A stretch of 64,000 nt of DNA, from assembly GCA_964016885.1 (NCBI GenBank), contig OZ024747.1, positions 88,474,001 through 88,538,000 on the forward strand. The letters run 5' to 3'. The stretch's first letter is position 1. Every line of letters begins with the position of its first letter. The notes under the pieces are model-generated. The model saw only the letters and a list, made by a program, of their open reading frames with translations, did no database searches and was not told where the DNA came from. A program made the translations under genes and the position numbers. This DNA is from Eledone cirrhosa. Its lineage: Eukaryota. This document shows positions 16,837-30,439 of the stretch, piece after piece.

Positions 16837-16839
<3 letters not shown>
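16645..16839 (-). mobile_element. Penelope-like terminus: perfect 58-bp-arm palindrome plus tail
   Basis: Arms 16723-16780 / 16782-16839; hammerhead 3' half GAAACGGC..GCTGTC-GGGG. Confidence 0.65.
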
Positions 16840-16869
<30 letters not shown>

Positions 16870-16899
16870 ATATATGCATATACATATATATATATATGC

Positions 16900-16991
<92 letters not shown>

Positions 16992-17152
16992 CATATATAT
17001 ATATATATATACATATATATATACATATACATATATATATACATATATATACATATACATATATATATATATATATACATATATATACATATATATATAT
17101 ATATATACTTTTATATATACATATATATATACATATATATACATATATATAC

Positions 17153-17185
<33 letters not shown>

Positions 17186-17958
17186 CATATATATACATAT
17201 ATATATATACATATATATACATATATATACATATATATATATACATATATATACATATATATATATACATATATATACATATATATACATATATATATAT
17301 ACATATATATACATATATATATACATATATATATATACATATATATATATATACATATATATACATATAGAATTTAACAATTAACACTTATACACAATTA
17401 ACACTTAGAATTTAATATTCTATCATACTATTTCATTATAATACCATTATATATTTTAAAGGATTGTAAATAAAACGAGTAAATCAGACAAAGTTGGAAT
17501 TCCTCTTATTAATATATATACATATATATACATATATATACATATATATATATAATATATATACATATATATATACATATATATATACATATATATATAC
17601 ATATATATACATATATATATATACATATATATATATACATATATATACATATATATACATATATATATATACACATATATATATATACATATATATACAT
17701 ATATATATATACGTATATATATATACATATATATACATACATATATATATATACATATATATACATATATATATATACATATATATACATATATATATAT
17801 ACATATATATACATATATATATACATATATATACATATATATATACATATATATATACATATATATATACATATATATATACATATATATATATACATAT
17901 ATATACATATATATATACATATATATATATATAGTAATAATAGTAATAATAACAAAAT

Positions 17959-18009
<51 letters not shown>

Positions 18010-18228
18010 CATATATATATACATATATATATATACATATATATATACATATATATATACATATATATATATATATACATATATATACATATATATACAT
18101 ATATATATACATATATATATATATACATATATATACATATATATACATATATATATATACATATACATATATATACATTCCTATATATATATACATAAAT
18201 ACACATATATATATATACATATATATAC

Positions 18229-18259
<31 letters not shown>

Positions 18260-18288
18260 CATATATATACACATATATATATATATAC

Positions 18289-18333
<45 letters not shown>

Positions 18334-18382
18334 CATATATATATATATATATACGTACAAATATATATATATATATATACGT

Positions 18383-18450
<68 letters not shown>

Positions 18451-18458
<8 letters not shown>

Positions 18459-18854
18459 ATACTTTGGGAGGGTCATGTTGCCAATAAGAAACACACGCAC
18501 CAGTTGCTTTCACTTCAATTTATTATATATTTATAAATTTATAAATTTACAAATCTACAAATTTATAAATTTCTGGTTGGTTGGTTGGTTCCACAACCAG
18601 ATAGTTGTTTATATATAGTCATAGTCCTTTCGTCACACACTGTGACCTCTTCAGTGACTGGGGATTCCTTTCTTTGTTTCTGTGCCTTTCCTTTCTTCTG
18701 TCCTACGCCATTTATAAATATATAATAAATTGAAGTGAAAGCAACTGGTGCGTGTGTTTCTTATTGGCAACATGACCCTCCCAAAGTATAACAATATCGG
18801 TTTCAACACACGATTTCAGATAAAGAATCTTGCTAAACAAATTCAGAAACGAAA
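18451..18854. mobile_element. Penelope-like inverted pLTR plus tail
   Basis: Perfect approx. 88-bp IR (18451-18538 / 18710-18797), hammerhead on minus strand, 57-bp tail; same family as 42310-42562. Confidence 0.75.
18617..18659 (-). ncRNA. Type I hammerhead ribozyme (minimal)
   Basis: AGTCA-CTGAAGA-G-GTCACA/TGTGAC-GAAA-GGAC-TA-TGACT. Confidence 0.7.
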
Positions 18855-18954
18855 TATATATATATATATATTCATATATATATATATACTTATATATATA
18901 CATATATATATATACATATATATATATACATACCTATATATATATATACATACC

Positions 18955-18986
<32 letters not shown>

Positions 18987-18989
18987 CAC

Positions 18990-19032
<43 letters not shown>

Positions 19033-19112
19033 CATATATATACATATATATATATACATATATATACATACATATATATACATATATATATATAAACATA
19101 TATATATAAACA

Positions 19113-19150
<38 letters not shown>

Positions 19151-19152
19151 CA

Positions 19153-19301
<149 letters not shown>

Positions 19302-19476
19302 CATATATATCTATACATATATATACATACATATATATACATATATATACATACATATATATACATATATATATATACATATATATACATATATATACAT
19401 ATATATATACATATATATACATATATATATACATATATATACATATATATATACATATATATACATATATATATAC

Positions 19477-19593
<117 letters not shown>

Positions 19594-19606
19594 CATATAT
19601 ATATAC

Positions 19607-19657
<51 letters not shown>

Positions 19658-19658
19658 C

Positions 19659-19691
<33 letters not shown>

Positions 19692-19777
19692 CATATATAC
19701 ATATATACATATATATATAAATATATATATATAATATATATATAATATACATATAATATATGTATATATATATATAG

Positions 19778-19975
19778 TGAAGGCGTGACGACGGAACTGC
19801 GGAGGATCTCGGAAGAATCCTTCCAGGAGTGCATTCAAGCGTGGCAGAAAAGGATGGAAAAGTGCATTAGACTCCAGGGGGATTACTTTGAAGGAGAAAA
19901 CTCTTAGTGTGAAGTTTGGGTCTGAAATAAATCTTTTGTGACATCAGTCCTGGAACTTTTCTGACCCACCTCGTA
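19778..19975 (+). mobile_element. mariner transposon 3' fragment
   Basis: [40 protein letters not shown] (WxKCIxxxGDYFE signature) and terminus ...CACCTCG-TA. Confidence 0.85.
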
Positions 19976-20062
19976 TATATATATAAAGGGAAACAACAAA
20001 GCAAACAACAGAGTACAATGAAGAAATATATTAATTTAACGCTTGATATAGTTCGGTATGTG

Positions 20063-20098
20063 TCTTTACGTTTCAAACACTAGTCCTTTATCAGAAGA
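20063..20098 (-). ncRNA. Degenerate hammerhead motif in a Penelope-like end
   Basis: TCTT-CTGATAA-AGGACTAGTGTTT-GAAA-CG-TA-AAGA; core G8 mutated; homologous to 38221-38257. Confidence 0.5.
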
Positions 20099-20571
20099 AA
20101 GAATAAGAAATAAAAGATGAAATTGAAAGAGACAGTGAGAGAAATATGGAACGGAAAAATCTTTTTGAGAAGATGCATATGTGGATTAACTTAGCCATTT
20201 TGTGGAAAAGATGGTTTATATGTATCTAAGGTATTATAGAGGTTTAGAAAGGGAGGTAATCATTGTATATTTTGAGTGGATATGTGTGTGTGAGTGCATG
20301 CGTATCTGTGTGAGTGTGTAAGTTTGTTCCTTTGTTTGTTGAAGGATGGGCGGTGGACTGTAACTGGGCTTGGTGCGAGTGAAGTGACCAACATAGAGAG
20401 GTGTGCAAATATGTATACACACGCACATATACATAGTATCAGTCTAAAGAGGCTATATAGAAAAGGGGGTGGTAGTGAATATTTTTCAGTGTTGATGTAG
20501 TGGAATGATAGGGTGAGTTGGTGATATAATTTGCTGTTGGTGTTGTCGTTGTTCTTTTTTTAAATACTTGT

Positions 20572-20660
<89 letters not shown>

Positions 20661-22358
20661 TACATATACATACTTATATACACATATACATATATATAAT
20701 TTTTTCCGAGGGATCGATCAGTTCGTTGGTTTGTAGTTAGTCTCTAAGGCATATATAAACTGGCCAATATTCAAACTAGCGATTTTGATTTTATGAAAAT
20801 TTGGCTGTTCTGTTCAGGACGCCGGAGGGCGGGAGGGGGATGGTTTCTCCATTTGTAAAAAATATTTATGGAGTGCAAATTTAAAATATAAAATAAAATA
20901 TTAGGGCTAAAGGCCCAAATATGATAGTCTCATTTCTTGTGTGCAAAGGCAAGTACCTTAAGTCGCACCCGTAACAAAATTGTTTTCAAAATAAGCATTT
21001 TATACATCTGAAAATCATTGAACTTACGAGAGCGTATCCTATTCCAGAGGCATGCTTTATTTCTTTTTCTTCTTCTCATAGTTTTCTTCTTATTACTATT
21101 ACTATACGGCATATAATCTAGTCTTTAAAATGACCGTAATTATCGCTTCAATTGATTTTGTTTCACAAATTACACTGAGATATGTTTGAAGATTCACAGT
21201 TTCCTGGTACTTTATATCCGCCTCTACTTTTCTTTTTTATTATTGTCTTTATTCGTCTTATCTATATCGATTCAGAATATTTAATATTATGTATCTGTAT
21301 GATGCATCGTATCATACGATCATGACGCTAATGATATCGTTGTATCTGAAAGACGAGACGGCAAATTATAAATATCTGCTTTAGGCTGGGTTTCTTGTAT
21401 TTGTAAAATTTTCTACGTAGCAGCTTTATAAAATACCTGCCTTGATTACATTGTAAGGTCCAAATCAGGACCATTATTATTATTATTATTATTGGCGACT
21501 TACGTAGTAAATCGTATCATCGTGAGCTCCGCAAAGGTTTGTTATTTTCAGTTATTTAAAATTGCTATTTATGGAAAATTTTTATTGTTAACTGTATATA
21601 AGTGCACATACATTGATTTCTGAAAAGGACACTCAAAAATATTGGGGCCTTGAGCCCCAAATTTAAACTTTTTATAATTATCAAACAAAACAAACTTCTT
21701 TGAAAAATTATGGACGACTCAGGGTCACTCCTTCCTCACACACTAACACCTCACACTGACACCACCATTGTAAATATTACTACGTTTGCCAACACTAAAA
21801 ATATAAGCAGTAGCAATATTTTAAATTTATCTCAGCCAGACATTCATTTCCCGCCATTACCAATGACTGCAGGTGTTAAAGCCGCCACCCTCCCATCACC
21901 ACCACAGCGACAACCCCCATCACCACCACCACAGCGACAACAGAAACAAACGAAAAAAATAAATTAACTCGTGATATCGAAATGAATTCAACCAAAATTA
22001 ACTCTTCCACACCGAACACCACTGACGCCACCACCAGCACAACTGAAACTAAAATTAACAATAACCAAAATAACGATAACAACAACACCAACAATGAAAT
22101 TAAGAAAACTACCCTGAGTTTTGCCAAAGCAGCCAAAACATGCGAAGCGATCCAGGTAACTCATAATGAATTAGAATAAGCCAAAAGAATGGTAAAGAAA
22201 GATGGGTACAGGGTCAGCCCCCCCCCCCCCCCCACACACACACCTAATAAAATGGAGCATCGTCGCCTATGCACCGTGTCTTATCGGACAATTAACATAA
22301 AATCGCGCCGAGTGGAACGGGCGTCCGAGTCCCAAATCCAAAAAGCTTTGGGACATGT

Positions 22359-23681
22359 GTGGGCAAAAAAAACACACCCATCAGACGTGGGCAGAAATAT
22401 GGAACCATGGACGTGTTCTTTGAAACACCACAGGAGGCCAGAGAATACTCCATGGCCCCATTAAGAAGTGACGAATTCACACTCATCCCAAGCTATTGTG
22501 GCCAGAGACTTGTGAAGATCAGGGTGACCCACGTTCCACCGGCCATCGAAATTCCCTGGCTAATGGCTGCCGTCCTCGCCGGCATCGAGGCCAACACCAA
22601 GATAATCGAAATAGCAAAAGAAAAGCAGGAGAACTGGTCCGGATCTGGGATGGAGCTCCTGATCCAAGCGGACCATAAAAGCATTGAGGAGATCCCAGAG
22701 GTAATAGACCTCACTGACGGCAGCCACCTCACCGTAATCGTCGAGGGCAGAAGGCCTAGGTGTGTCGTTTGTGGTGAAGGAACCCACCTAAGGGCTTTCT
22801 GCCCTCAGGCTAAAAGGTTGAAGCCACCTCTCTTACCCACCCCAGTGACTCAACCATCAACACCAGCAGCAGCAGAAATGGCAGCAACAACTGTAGCAGT
22901 AACAACAGAAGCAACTGTAACAGCAACAACCCCAGCAACAGTAGCAAAACCAACACCACCACCACCCAACGCGCCAGAACTGGCACCAGCGCCTACACCA
23001 TCCACCACGCCACAACCAAAACCAACGCCTGTGGAGTATTTTCCACTCCCCGGCTTATTGCAACTGGAGACAGATTGTGACGACGAGGAGTGGGAAACGG
23101 TATCAGTGAAAAAGAAAAAAATAAACCAAAAAAGAAAAAATTCTCTTCCTTCCCACTCCAAAAACAAAATACAGAGGGAAACAAATAAATTATCAAACAA
23201 AAAAGTTAGGACAGATATGCCACCATCCACACCAGCATCACCAACACCATCACCACAAACACCAACACCATCACCATCATTAACCCCAACACCACCATCA
23301 CCAACACCACAAAAGTCACCAAAAAGCGTAACAGAAACAAACCCACAACAAACGCAAACAAAGCAAAACAACCAAAACGATACACACTACACAGCATTAA
23401 ATTTGAACAATAACCAATTATTACACTACTACATCCAACACAACACCAGCATCACAGAAAAAGACTACACAACAACCCAAAAGTTCACACCACCTCCACA
23501 CATACAAATCACTCGCATCACAAAGAAAACGTACACGACACTAAAACAAAAATTCCCCAAAGACATCGGAGACTTCCGACAAACACTCTCCAGGAGGATT
23601 TATAAGGACATCCTTCCGGAGGAGGCCACAAGCAGTGAAAAGGATGGACAAACCATCCTTCCTCTACGAGAAGTAAGGTAA
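22359..23681 (+). CDS. LINE ORF1 (gag-like, zinc knuckle); N-terminal part from about 21710 broken by frameshifts/stop
   Basis: CVVCGEGTHLRAFC = CX2CX4HX4C; Pro/Thr-rich and basic tracts; lies directly upstream of APE ORF2. Confidence 0.8.
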   Translation: MGKKNTPIRRGQKYGTMDVFFETPQEAREYSMAPLRSDEFTLIPSYCGQRLVKIRVTHVPPAIEIPWLMAAVLAGIEANTKIIEIAKEKQENWSGSGMELLIQADHKSIEEIPEVIDLTDGSHLTVIVEGRRPRCVVCGEGTHLRAFCPQAKRLKPPLLPTPVTQPSTPAAAEMAATTVAVTTEATVTATTPATVAKPTPPPPNAPELAPAPTPSTTPQPKPTPVEYFPLPGLLQLETDCDDEEWETVSVKKKKINQKRKNSLPSHSKNKIQRETNKLSNKKVRTDMPPSTPASPTPSPQTPTPSPSLTPTPPSPTPQKSPKSVTETNPQQTQTKQNNQNDTHYTALNLNNNQLLHYYIQHNTSITEKDYTTTQKFTPPPHIQITRITKKTYTTLKQKFPKDIGDFRQTLSRRIYKDILPEEATSSEKDGQTILPLREVR

Positions 23682-23715
23682 GTGGTCTTTCCCATCTTTT
23701 CCACTCCATTTCAAC

Positions 23716-24213
23716 ATGACCTCACTCAGAATAGGCAGCATAAATGCGCGTGGCTTGGAGTCGTCATGGAAGCAGGGCCACCTGCTCAACGACCTCAGGT
23801 CACTAAACATAGATGTAGTGGCCATCAGCGAGACCAGAATCTACGAAGCACGGGCCTTCGCACCGATATTCGGCGGCTACGATGTGTACGCATCTCCCAG
23901 CCGTCCGGGATCGGGGGGAGGAGTTGCTGTGCTTTTTCGGAGAGGTTTGGATCTCGCTATACGGGCCATCTTCCTGGACCCAGAAGGTAAGTTGGTGGTG
24001 CTGGACGTGACCAGCGGAGACGGGCAAGCTTTCAGGCTAGTGGCTGTCTATGCCCCGACAGGAGCAGGGCGGCCTGATTTCTTCCGGCGTCTGGAGACCT
24101 TTCTTGGAACGTCCCGCTCTTTAGTGTTAGTGGGCGACTGGAACGGGATCCTAGATGCACGCTGGGACTGTGTGCAAGAGCCCCACCAACCTGCTTGTTT
24201 TTTACACGCATAA
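23716..24213 (+). pseudogene. Truncated ORF2, apurinic-like endonuclease domain only
   Basis: SINARGL, DVVAISETR, GGGVAVL, LVAVYAP, LVGDWN motifs; no RT follows. Confidence 0.88.
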
Positions 24214-24295
24214 ATGCCCATTTGTACCGTCCTGTATTGTTTTGTACTGTCCTTAATGTCGTCTTTATGTAAGCCCTTGTGGTTAATAAAGAAAG

Positions 24296-24332
<37 letters not shown>

Positions 24333-24334
24333 AT

Positions 24335-25140
24335 TGTATTTGATGTTTGGTCTGTCAAGACATATCTGAATATCGGCCCCGTAAGTTTTGTTAATTTTGA
24401 AGTGTTTACATTGCATTCATTGTTATATGTTTGTCACAAACTGTTGATAAGGTGCCGCATATTTCCCTGTATTAAGGCGACCCTGTAATATTTGGGCCTT
24501 GGACCCAAATATTTGAACTTATTTTTTCTTAAAAAAACATGTTTAGGACACAAAAAAACATGGATGGAGCACGCGCCAACGTTCAGCCAGCTTCCACGTG
24601 ATAGTGACTTGAACGTTGAGATGAATAACCCCACCCCTCCCACAACAAATATGAACACCAACAGCAGCACCACCAACAACAACAATAGTGAGAACACTAA
24701 TAGGAACAAAAATGACAACACCAACAAAAACACCACCAACAACAGCAAAAAAAATGACAACAGCAGCATTAACAATGCCAACAACAACAACATGGACAAC
24801 GAAAACACTGTCAGCAACAATGAAAAACAGCAAAACAGCAATAACAAAAGGAGCGACAACAACAACAGCAACAACAACATGGCTACTTTCGCAGTCACAG
24901 GGACAAAAAACTCAAACGCTTTACAATTTCACCGTAACAGAAAAAAATGAACGTTTGGCCCAGTTGGAAAAAATTATAACAAGAGAAAAGTTCTGGGCCA
25001 ACTTAAAGGGCAGAGGTATAGGCAGCAACGGAGAGGGAAATCTCGAGAAACCGAGACAGCCTCCGAAGGACAGGCTGGGTGGTACTGAAATGCATAAGAC
25101 GGTTGGGTTTGATTTGAGGGAAATGTGGCAAAAATCATAG
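24335..25140 (+). mobile_element. 5' fragment of a second related LINE (5'UTR plus Asn/Thr-rich ORF1 start)
   Basis: Shares the 5'UTR hairpin and low-complexity N/T-rich ORF1 start with the preceding element. Confidence 0.5.
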
Positions 25141-25199
25141 AAATAATTACAAGTTATTAAATTTTCTTGAACACTTTGAATCCTATTTTTGTAATGTTT

Positions 25200-25381
25200 G
25201 TGTGTAGGAGTGGAAGACAATGGAGGAGATAGTCCATGTGTGGGAGTGGAAGACAGTGTGGGTGGGGGTGGGGGGTCAACTAGATAGTCCATGTGTGGGA
25301 GTGGAAGACAGTCGGGGAAAGGGACATGAACTAGATAGTCCATGTGTGGGAGTGGAAGACAGTGTGTGGGGCGAACTAGAT
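25200..25381. repeat. Short tandem repeat, about 55-bp unit
   Basis: GATAGTCCATGTGTGGGAGTGGAAGACAG three times plus a partial copy. Confidence 0.85.
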
Positions 25382-25418
25382 GATATTGCTAAAGAATTAT
25401 TTCTTGAAAATGTAAAAC

Positions 25419-25677
25419 TTCCGATAGAACTCGTTGATTTCATCAACGATAATAAATTACAGGCACATCTAAGTATGGGTTGTATTAAGAATATTGTTTA
25501 GGACACAACTAATTGGTGTCCTAATCATTATTCTTAATGTAACCCACACTTAGATTTCCTATGAAATCCTGTAATTTATTACCATTGATGAATCCAACGA
25601 GTTCTATCGGAAAAGCTTCTCTATCTCTCCCGTGGACACCAATTAATTGGTGTCCACGGGAGAGATAGAGAAGCTTT
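25419..25677. repeat. Two abutting palindromes (diverged about 195 bp; perfect 66 bp)
   Basis: 25419-25612 imperfect; 25612-25677 perfect. Confidence 0.85.
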
Positions 25678-25999
25678 AGTGAACTGAAGCTTATAATGAC
25701 ATATACGGTTGTCCATGACAAAAGATAGATTAGATTCTTTGACTGTATTGTCAAAACTAAGTGATATTGTAAAAGAAAAATAAATAGTTATAGAAAGCGT
25801 TATGAAGTCATTTGCATTTCTAATAGCGACAGAGAAAAATATTTTAGTTAGGATAATAAATGTTTTTCAACATATGTTCTGTTCTTCCTATTTGTTTCTA
25901 ATGTATTATAAAATTCGTTTACAACTACAGGATATCAACAGCATCCTTCGAAGTTTCTTTCGTCACCCCCTCTCAGTGTTTGTATCAAAAATGTTTCGG

Positions 26000-26115
26000 G
26001 AACAGTTCAAATCCCGCCGAGGTTAACTTTGCCTTTCATCTTTACGGGGTCGATAAAATAAAGTACCAGTAATGCACTGGGTAATTGCTGGCCTTGTGCC
26101 AAAAGTAGAAACAAT
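26000..26115 (+). mobile_element. SINE family B
   Basis: GTTCAAATCCCGCCGAGGTTAACTTTGCCTTTCATC...GGCCTTGTGCCAAAAGTAGAAAC. Confidence 0.8.
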
Positions 26116-26129
26116 TATATATATATATG

Positions 26130-26161
<32 letters not shown>

Positions 26162-26165
<4 letters not shown>

Positions 26166-26600
26166 TCTGGTCTTATAATTTTATGAGCGTTTACCAAGAG
26201 AGAGAGAGAGTCGGTTTCTAACATACATACAAGAGTCTCTCATTGAAATTTACACAACATCAACAGGTAGATATGTATGCATGTCTGCATGCATGTGTGT
26301 GCAGCTATGCATGTTACTGTATGTGTGGATGTGCATGTTTTGAGTTATGTATGCATGTGCATATGCTTTGTATCTGAACATGTGTACATGCAGTTATTAG
26401 ATGCAGAATGATTGGAATGTTTTACATATTTTTACTGTTCCATTAATGGATTGTACTTGTAATTTCCTAACTAGTCATGTTCTTTCTGTTTCTGTGAAGC
26501 CCAGCTTCTCAAGATTTGTACTGAGGCAGTTACTAACATATCTCAGTGTCCCAATAATCACAGGTATACATCTGAACGTATAGTCAGGTTGGAGTATAAT
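26162..26600 (-). mobile_element. 3' end of R4/Dong-like (REL) non-LTR retrotransposon
   Basis: LQPDYTFRCIPVIIGTLRY...KLQVQSINGTVKICKTF..* then 3'UTR ending at a (CA)n tract; homologous to 50170-50270. Confidence 0.7.
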
Positions 26601-27034
26601 AGCAGACTTGGGCAATTCTTTTGTTTAATGGAAGATAAGCAGTTTCCCTATACATAGCAACTTCCACTCTCCACGTCACCCATTTGTCCAAGGTAAAGGC
26701 AAGGTTCGATACAACATGGTCCCTGTGACATCAAAGACCTTGCCACCAAATATAAAGAGTCGAAAACTGATGCAACGAAGCCCCCGATCCGAAACTCTAA
26801 AAATTCAGACAATCCACTCACTGCTCTGGACTGACAGCACATTTATCGACCCCGAAAGAGGGAAAGGCAGATTTGACTGGGGCGGGATTTAAACTCTTCG
26901 CACAGAGAGCAAGAACAAATATCTATTCGTCATATAACACTGTTTTATCAATAATATCAATGCTTCAACAGGAACAAAAATTATTGTAACAATAGCGATC
27001 ACAACAACAACCAAATCGGGAGCTCTATGAGCAA

Positions 27035-27215
27035 TAATTGTTTCTATTTTAGGCACAAGGCCAGCAATTACCCAGTACATTACTGGTACTTTATTTTATC
27101 GACCCCGTAAGGATGAAACGCAAAGTTAACCTCGGCAGGATTTGAACTCAGGTCGTAAAGGGACGTAACTATGCTGGAAAGCATGTCCGACCCTCTACCG
27201 ATACTGCCAATTCAC
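27035..27215 (-). mobile_element. SINE family B, near full length
   Basis: Closely similar to 46875-47052 and 54146-54332. Confidence 0.8.
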
Positions 27216-28041
27216 CAACAGAACAGCTGTAACGATGACAACATACTAAGGACACGGACAGCAACAGCTGTATAACAACAACACAAGAAAACGAAGCAGT
27301 TGGACCTGCCAGAAATAGCAGCCAAGTCTTCCTCAAATAACATTCGACCGCCTCATCGGAAGGGAAGAACAAACATTATAAAATGTAGACCTTCTCCCTC
27401 ACTTTTCGCAAAAAGCGAGATGGCCATAACAAGAATAACACTAATTAAAGCTGACCATAAGGTTACTGGTATACAATCAAGATAAATTATAGATCCATAG
27501 TCTCATGGGAGTTACGGAAACCTCCGAGAATTAACGTTGCTGTTTGTATTTTTGGCGCCGGTAGTGGTGGGGGTGGGGGGTAGGGTGACGTTATTCTTAT
27601 AGTTCTTTGCTGTTCTTCAGTCAGCAGTTTATCAATGACTGAGCAGACTTATCAAACTCATTCCAGCCATGATCTTCTATTTATTGTTTAGATTTGACTG
27701 TGGAATCCCAGGAGATTTAGCTATTACAATTGTGTGTCCCCCTGATGCCTAACTCCCTTTGAGTCCACAATCAGTTCAACCACACTAGCTTTCTCTACTC
27801 TCTGTTGAAAGATAAGAGTAAAAAACTTCAAACATTTCACTGTCCACTGTAATTAAACTTTCCTTTTATACTGTGTTGTTGTTGTTGATAATTTTAATAT
27901 TAAAGCTGGTGTTTGAACAAATACCGTTATAAAAAAAACTGACTACACAGTTTCTGTCTGCTAAAATTCCGATGTTACAACGAAGCTATTGATAATGTTG
28001 ATTGTGGCATTGTTTAAGATATTGATAGTATTACCATAGAT

Positions 28042-28353
28042 TAGAGGTTCTGAAACTTTTGGGGCCACCGCCTCATTCATAGCCACATAATACCCTCAGC
28101 GCCCCAACCCTATTTCCCGAGCCTACATGCAAATTGTGAATAATATATAATAAATAAAATCGTCAATATATATATAATAAATAGTATAATATAATATATA
28201 TTATGTATAAATAAATATTTTATATTTTTTTATTTTACTATATTTATACATATGTGTCATTTAATATTTAATATACTATTATAGCATCTCTAGCCCCCCC
28301 CCCCCCCGTTCCAGCGCCACTAGCACCCCATGAACCCATTTTGAGAACCTCTG
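28042..28353. mobile_element. hAT (Charlie-type) MITE
   Basis: TIRs TAGAGGTTCTGAAA / TTTGAGAACCTCTG; 8-bp TSD CCATAGAT / CTATAGAT. Confidence 0.8.
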
Positions 28354-29697
28354 CTATAGATAATAGTGTTATAGTGAGTTTGTTGATAATATAGATAGCA
28401 ATAATATTATTGATAATGCTATAATATTGTTTTAAATATTGATAGTGAAATTATTAACAAGGTTTATAGTAATGTTATTGTTAACAGTGAGGAATATTGT
28501 GTTCATGTTACTGATGAGATTCTAATTATTGCTGTCGCTTTGTAAAAAAAAGTCGTCTACTCCCAGACCATTTGATTGTCGTCTGCCTCCCAGTCAATTT
28601 GGTTGTCGTCTGCTAAAAACATATCGCTAAGAAAAAGACAAAAGTGTAAAATAACATGGGAAAAAAAAAAAACATGTATTTTTTTATGACACCACACATC
28701 GCGCGTGCGCTGTATAGAAATACACAAAAACACCACCACAGACATATCCACCGCAAACGCCATTTCATTTGTCGTGGTTATTATTGATGTTGTTTTTGCC
28801 ATTCGTCACTGCACGCCAGATGAGAAACCAACTACTTCTACGGCAAAAGGTAAAAAGAGGCAAAGGCAAATCGGATAAAGCGGGAAAGCGTGGCAGGCAG
28901 ACAGGCGTACAGGCTGGACGATGTTAGCAAAACAAGCAGGCAGCGCAGACAAGGAAAAGCGGAAGAAGAGAGACACCAAGCCAAAACAAACCGAACCAGA
29001 CAGCCAAACCAGCCAGGTTGAAAACACAGATTGACAGACTGATAGAAAGAGAGAAAGAAAGAGACGGATAGAAAGTGTGAGAGAAAGAGAGAGAGAGAGA
29101 GTTAGAGAGAAAGAGAGAGAGAGTGAGAGGAAAACAGTTTCGAAGACATCTGCTAGTAGAATAAGCAGCTGGCACTTTTACTTTCAACTTCGGGAATTCA
29201 CCAACTTCCTGCCACACCACACCATAAAAATAACAACAAATGAACACATATACAAAAACAAACTCACAAAAAACAATCAACGAAAAACAACAACAAAAAA
29301 GAAATAATTGAAAAAACGAAAAATCATATACTGTGAACAACATAAACACACGCAGAGAATTGACAATGTCTTCTAAGGTAAGAAAAATTACACACACACA
29401 TATAAGTATATATATATATAGAGAGAGACTCACATATGTCTATATGAATGTATCACTATATAGAGAACCCTATCTGTATAACATCCCCCTCTCTCTCTTA
29501 ACCTATATACTTACATAACTACCTACCTAATAACCTGTTATATATATATATATATATATATGCATACCTACATATGTATATATAAATATACATGTAAATG
29601 TACACATATCTATTACACACACACATATATATATATATATATTCATACCTACGTATGTATATATAAATATACATATAAATGTACCCATAACTATTAC

Positions 29698-29756
<59 letters not shown>

Positions 29757-29823
29757 GCACATACATATATCCATATGTACATTTTAATGTATCTATATAT
29801 TATTTTATTTAGATGATACATCA

Positions 29824-29919
<96 letters not shown>

Positions 29920-30212
29920 GGTGTAGTACTTTACTCATTTTTAATTCTAATCAGAAATTGAGAAATAGAACAAAAAGTATCCAGTGTTGGTTATTACAAA
30001 TATATATAATGGGACATGAGAAGCATGTATCATGTTTATCATGTTTATATGTTTATATGTATGCTTGTATTAATGGGACGTGCGAAGTGTGATCGTGTTT
30101 ATATATATATGCTTGTCTTAATTTCAGTCTACCTATTCGTATACCTATCTAACTAAATATCGATTAAGCTCTATATTTCAGCCTGCCTCTCTCTTTTTTC
30201 TCTCTCCATATA

Positions 30213-30252
<40 letters not shown>

Positions 30253-30439
30253 GTATATATGATTACAACAGTGACATAAACAGGTACTCAAGTTTGGTTG
30301 GGGTCTGGGCCCCAAGTCATTCAGCCTGTCATGAGAAAAAAATATATTATATATATATATCTATATATATCTATACATAAAATTCTATTTATTCAACCGA
30401 TATAAACTTTATCATCGTCATCATTATCCACGTTATGAG

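Larger units (their letters stand above)
21494..24330 (+). mobile_element. Internally deleted Tx1/L1-type non-LTR retrotransposon
   Basis: 5'UTR, ORF1 with CCHC knuckle, ORF2 APE start, abrupt jump to 3'UTR with AATAAA (24285) and (TTA)n tail; (ATT)n also at the 5' flank. Confidence 0.85.

Noticed and set aside
25200-25381. Repeat-spacer pattern resembling CRISPR
   Set aside because: Eukaryotic context, spacers related to each other, no cas genes
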